Program-made: the position numbers and the translations under genes
Source of the DNA: Octopus sinensis
Taxonomy: Eukaryota
Direction of reading: 5' to 3'
Assembly (NCBI RefSeq): GCF_006345805.1
Contig: NC_043011.1
Span: forward strand, 61,950,464-62,014,463
Length of the DNA stretch: 64,000 nucleotides
Shown here: one piece after another, positions 60,093 to 64,000 of the stretch
Numbering within the stretch: position 1 is the stretch's first letter
Layout: the number at the start of each line of letters is the position of its first letter
The notes under the pieces: model-generated
What the model saw: only the letters and a program-made list of their open reading frames with translations
Database searches by the model: none
Told to the model about the DNA's origin: nothing

Positions 60093-60994
60093 AGTATTAT
60101 TATTATTATTATTACTATTATAATTCCGCGAAGGTTGACTTTGCCTTTCGTCCTTTCGGGGTCAATATATTAAGTACATGGGGTCAATCTAAGTGACCAG
60201 TCTGCTCACCACAAATTTGAGGCTTGGTGCTTCCAATAGAAAGGATTATTATTATTATTATTATTATTTGAAGAACTGGCTGCTATTTCTATCAAGTTGA
60301 GCAAGCAGTCTCTATAAAGGTACCCTGTTACCTCCACATAAAATGAATAAATGAAAGAACAAATAAATTTTAAAATATTCTAAGCAAATTACTGTCTCAG
60401 TTTCCAGTAGTCATGTGCTGACCATTAACGGTTTCCTCCTCCGTAGAATGTTATCAGCAGATGTGGTGGGTGAGTGGGGTGGATGTTCATTGAATATCTG
60501 ATACAAAACAGATGGGATGTAGTTAAGTAGAATTGCTAATGGAATTAATTTTGGTAATTAATTCAGCAAGACTTCTAAACAAATTAGTGTTATGTTACAA
60601 GGAATAATGGTTATTTTAATTTTTTAATCAGTATTTTTCTGAATATATATGTTCTTCTTTTTCTTTAAAAATATGACCATGGGGTTCTAGCTTCAAGGCC
60701 ACTGTGAGGACGTTGGTCAAGGGTCTTCTACCTTTGACCGTCCAAAAAGCCTCGTTGAGTTAATTTCGGTAAACAGAAACTATGCTAAAGCCCATCATAT
60801 GCTTCTCTCTCTCTCTCCCTCTCTCCCTTTCTCTCTCTCTCCCTCTCTCTCTCCCTCTCTCCCTCCCTCTCTCTCTCCCTCCCTCTCTCTCTCTTTCTCG
60901 ATCTCTCCCTCTCCCCCCTCTCTCTCTCTGCAACTCTGCACACACACACATACATGCACATGCACAAACACACACATGTATATATCTTATAAGT

Positions 60995-61720
60995 TTACTT
61001 CCCAACCACATGGTTCCGGGTTCAGTCCCACTGCGTGGCATCTTGGGCAAGTATCTTCTGCTATAGCCCTGAGCCAACTAGGGCTATCCTTGTGAATGGA
61101 TTTGTTTGACTGAAGCTGAAAAACGCCTGTCATACACACACACACACACACACAGAAGTATGTTTGTTCTCCACTACCGCTTGACAACCAGGTTTGGTTT
61201 GTTTGTGTCCCTGTAACTTAGTGGTTTGGCAAACAAGACCAATAGAAAAAACACCAGGCTTTAAAAAAACTAAGCACAGGGGTCAACATATCTGACGAAA
61301 ACACTTAAAGGCAGTGCCCCAGTATGGTCGCATTCTAATGAATGAAACAAGTAAAAGATTAAAGATGGTTCTGGTTTCAGTCCCACTGCGTGGCATCTTG
61401 GGCAAGTGTCTTCTGCTATAGCCTCGGGCCGACCAATGCCTTGTGAGTGGATTTGGTAGACGGAAACTGAAAGAAGCCTGTCGTATATATGTATATATAT
61501 GTGTGTGTATGTGTTTGTGTGTCTGTGTTTGTCTCCCTAGCATTGCTTGACAACCGATGCTGGTGTGTTTACGTCCCCGTCATTTAGCGGTTTGGCAAAA
61601 GAGACTGATAGAATAAGTACTAGGCTTACAAAGAATAAGTCCCGGGGTTGATTTGCTCAACTAAAGGTGGTGCTCCAGCATGGCCACAGTCAAATGACTG
61701 AAACAAGTAAAAGATTAAAG
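60995..61720 (+). mobile_element. Two tandem family A copies; the second starts inside the tRNA head
   Basis: Both end GAAACAAGTAAAAGATTAAAGATG; the second begins ATGGTTCTGGTTTCAGTCCC near 61366. Confidence 0.85.
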
Positions 61721-62099
61721 ATGTATATATTCATAAATAAACACACATATGCACTCATACATGCACATACACTCACCCATGATGATGATGATGATGATGG
61801 TGGTATATGTTGACACACACACACACATATATATGCATTCATATATTATCCTGAATTACGAAAAACCAGATTCATATTGCCTTATGTACTTTGCCTGGTA
61901 CTTTGTTTTATCGACTCCAGAAGAATGGAAAGCAAAGTTGTACTCAGAATATAAAAAGCCTGAAATGTCACTAAGAATTTTGTCCTATGTGCCAAGGACT
62001 CTGCCAATAATAATAATAACAACAAAAGCACTCAGAGAGCGCAACCTGTGCCAAGGCAACACCAACATCCACTCAATGATTAGTCGGAGATGATTTTTA

Positions 62100-62382
62100 A
62101 AATGAGAATATCTGAAATAAACTAGATTGCTCTCACAAATGAGAATACTAAAAATGAACCTGAGTGCTCTCAAAAATTAAGTAAAAAAACAGGAAAAATA
62201 ATCGAGAATCCTTGTCCAGTACTGGATTGATCCCAAAATCTAATCAGTTTGTGCCAGTCACAAGGCCAAACATCCCTGAAAGTTTCATCCAAATCCATCC
62301 AGTGGTTCTTTAGATATCTTGTCCATGGATAAACAAACAACATGCAAACAATAGCTCCACCTTTGCTAAGGCAGAAGTAATA
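62100..62382. mobile_element. Non-autonomous DNA element ending in a decayed CTCCGCCT..AGGCGGAG hairpin; superfamily uncertain
   Basis: CCCTGAAAGTTTCATCCAAATCCATCC...AAACAAAC...CTCCACCTTTGCTAAGGCAGAAGTAA resembles a widespread aquatic-animal element type (from memory). Confidence 0.45.
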
Positions 62383-62419
62383 ATAATAAGCCCCCCCACC
62401 CCCACCAGCAAGTTCATGT

Positions 62420-62610
62420 GCTATTTATGGCCCCACCTGCAAGGTCAACGTGCTGTTTCTTTTGATATGGGTTTGCCATGAACACCATGTCACGCACATA
62501 TGGTTGTGATGCATGTGCCTGGTGTACCCTTATCAGGCAGGTAACCATGGTTACCTGGGCTTCGTTTATTTTACCCCAGTGTCACTTTGATGTCATGCGT
62601 TGCTCTCTCA
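62420..62610 (+). mobile_element. Family D 3' fragment, decayed
   Basis: GGCCCCACCTGCAAGGTC...TTTTACCCCAGTGTCACTTTGATG. Confidence 0.8.
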
Positions 62611-62659
62611 CCCAATAATGATGATGATGATGATGTTGATAATAATAATAATAATGGTT

Positions 62660-62858
62660 TCAAACTTTGGTACAAGGTCATTAATATTGGGGGAAGGGGG
62701 CGAGTCAATTATATCGACCCCAGTACTTATTTTATCGACCCTAAAACAGTGAAAGGCAAAGTTGACCCCAGCAGAATTTGAACTCGGAATGTAAAGACGG
62801 ACGAAATGTCATGAAGCGTTTCGCCTGGCATGCTAACCATTCTGCCAGCTCTCCGCCT
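62660..62858 (-). mobile_element. SINE family C
   Basis: TTTATCGACCC...GAAAGGCAAAGTTGACC...AATTTGAACTCGGAATG. Confidence 0.8.
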
Positions 62859-63469
62859 GAGTAAGAATGATAATAATAACAGGCACAACAGTATCTTAAC
62901 AATAAATCTCTAGAATTATGATAGCACTTGTTTTGTTTAATGCTTATTATTTTGAGGATGTGAGAGGAGTTTCCTGTATCACCACAAACACTTATTAAAT
63001 GAAGTTTTAACGCGAGTATTTATTATAATAACTTGCCCCTCGCATGATTTATTATTTGGCAAGCCCACAAGAGAGCCGCTACCTAGCCACTTGAAGTGCT
63101 AGAAATAGCAACCAAATCTCCCTACTATCTTGCCATAACAACATTTTCCTTTCATAGCAAAATATGCACCTAATTCAATAAAATTATGAAGGTTACTCTG
63201 ATTATTATGCATAAAATGCAAAGTATTTTATTTTTCTGTAGATTACATAGGCATAATTCACCCCTACCTTTCAGTCTCAGTATTTAAGCTATGCATAGTA
63301 GTAATGCTGTAGTACACATGCTGCGTACACTCCTACAACAATGTTTTCTTTAGGTGCTATGAAGGCAGAAGTAAATCTGCCTTCAACTCAGTCACACACC
63401 TGTGTTTCGCTTACTTTTTGTGTGTTTTACTATATAAAGGTCACCGACTGCCGACCCTGAGTAATTACT

Positions 63470-63960
63470 GACGGCATGTGGGTATTTTTACGTGCCACTG
63501 GCATGAGGGCCAGTCAGGCGGTTCTAGCAATGACCATGCTCGAAGGTGTTTTTACATGCTACCTGCACAGGTGCCAGTCCAGTGGCACTGGCAATGACCA
63601 CGCTCAAATGTTGTTTTTCACGTGCCACCAGCACATGTACCGTTAAGGCGATGCTGGCAACGATCATACTTGAATGGTGCTTTTCACGTGTCACCGGCAT
63701 AGGAGCCAATCCGTGGCCCTGGTAATGATCACACTTGGATATGTTTTTAACGTTCCACTGGCACGAGTACCAATCAGGCAGTACTGTCATCGGCCACGTC
63801 AGTGATTTTGATTTGTTTACACTTGCCTCATTAGGTCTTTGCAAGCAAAGTTCATTGTCCAATGAATGGGGGGTACTCATAACTGGGTCGGTTACACCCC
63901 ACGTTCTGATGTGCTGGTACCATCATTGGCCACGTCAGCAATTTTGATTTTGTTTCATCT
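63470..63960 (-). mobile_element. Family B second subfamily, 5' part with hairpin units
   Basis: Reverse complement of 55405-55800. Confidence 0.85.
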
Positions 63961-64000
63961 CTAAATTAGACAAATATTTCATTTACTTATTACTAATTAA

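Overview
AT-rich, repeat-saturated eukaryotic DNA. The SINE families and microsatellite load point to an octopus/coleoid cephalopod genome (inference from family resemblance, no database search run). No complete protein-coding gene, rRNA, true tRNA gene or CRISPR array is supportable. Most ORFs in the supplied track are microsatellite read-through. Supportable content: at least six SINE/non-autonomous retroposon families, decayed CR1/L2-type and RTE LINE fragments, two Penelope-like (PLE) GIY-YIG fragments, mariner and maT (DD37D) transposon relics, and several fold-back MITEs. CpG content drops visibly after about 23 kb, and several candidate exons lie in that part, suggesting introns of an unidentified gene. 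Most notable: (1) a dispersed set of minimal type I hammerhead ribozymes (three with intact cores, four degenerate or partial) whose stem III sequences differ but are self-complementary or nearly so; (2) a 3'-terminal hairpin shared between CR1-like LINEs and the dominant SINE, with compensatory changes; (3) a retroposon family with tandem arrays of fixed-stem, variable-loop hairpins; (4) many inverted pairs that would form long dsRNA. Coordinates of decayed repeats are approximate (about +/-10-30 bp); identities were estimated by eye.
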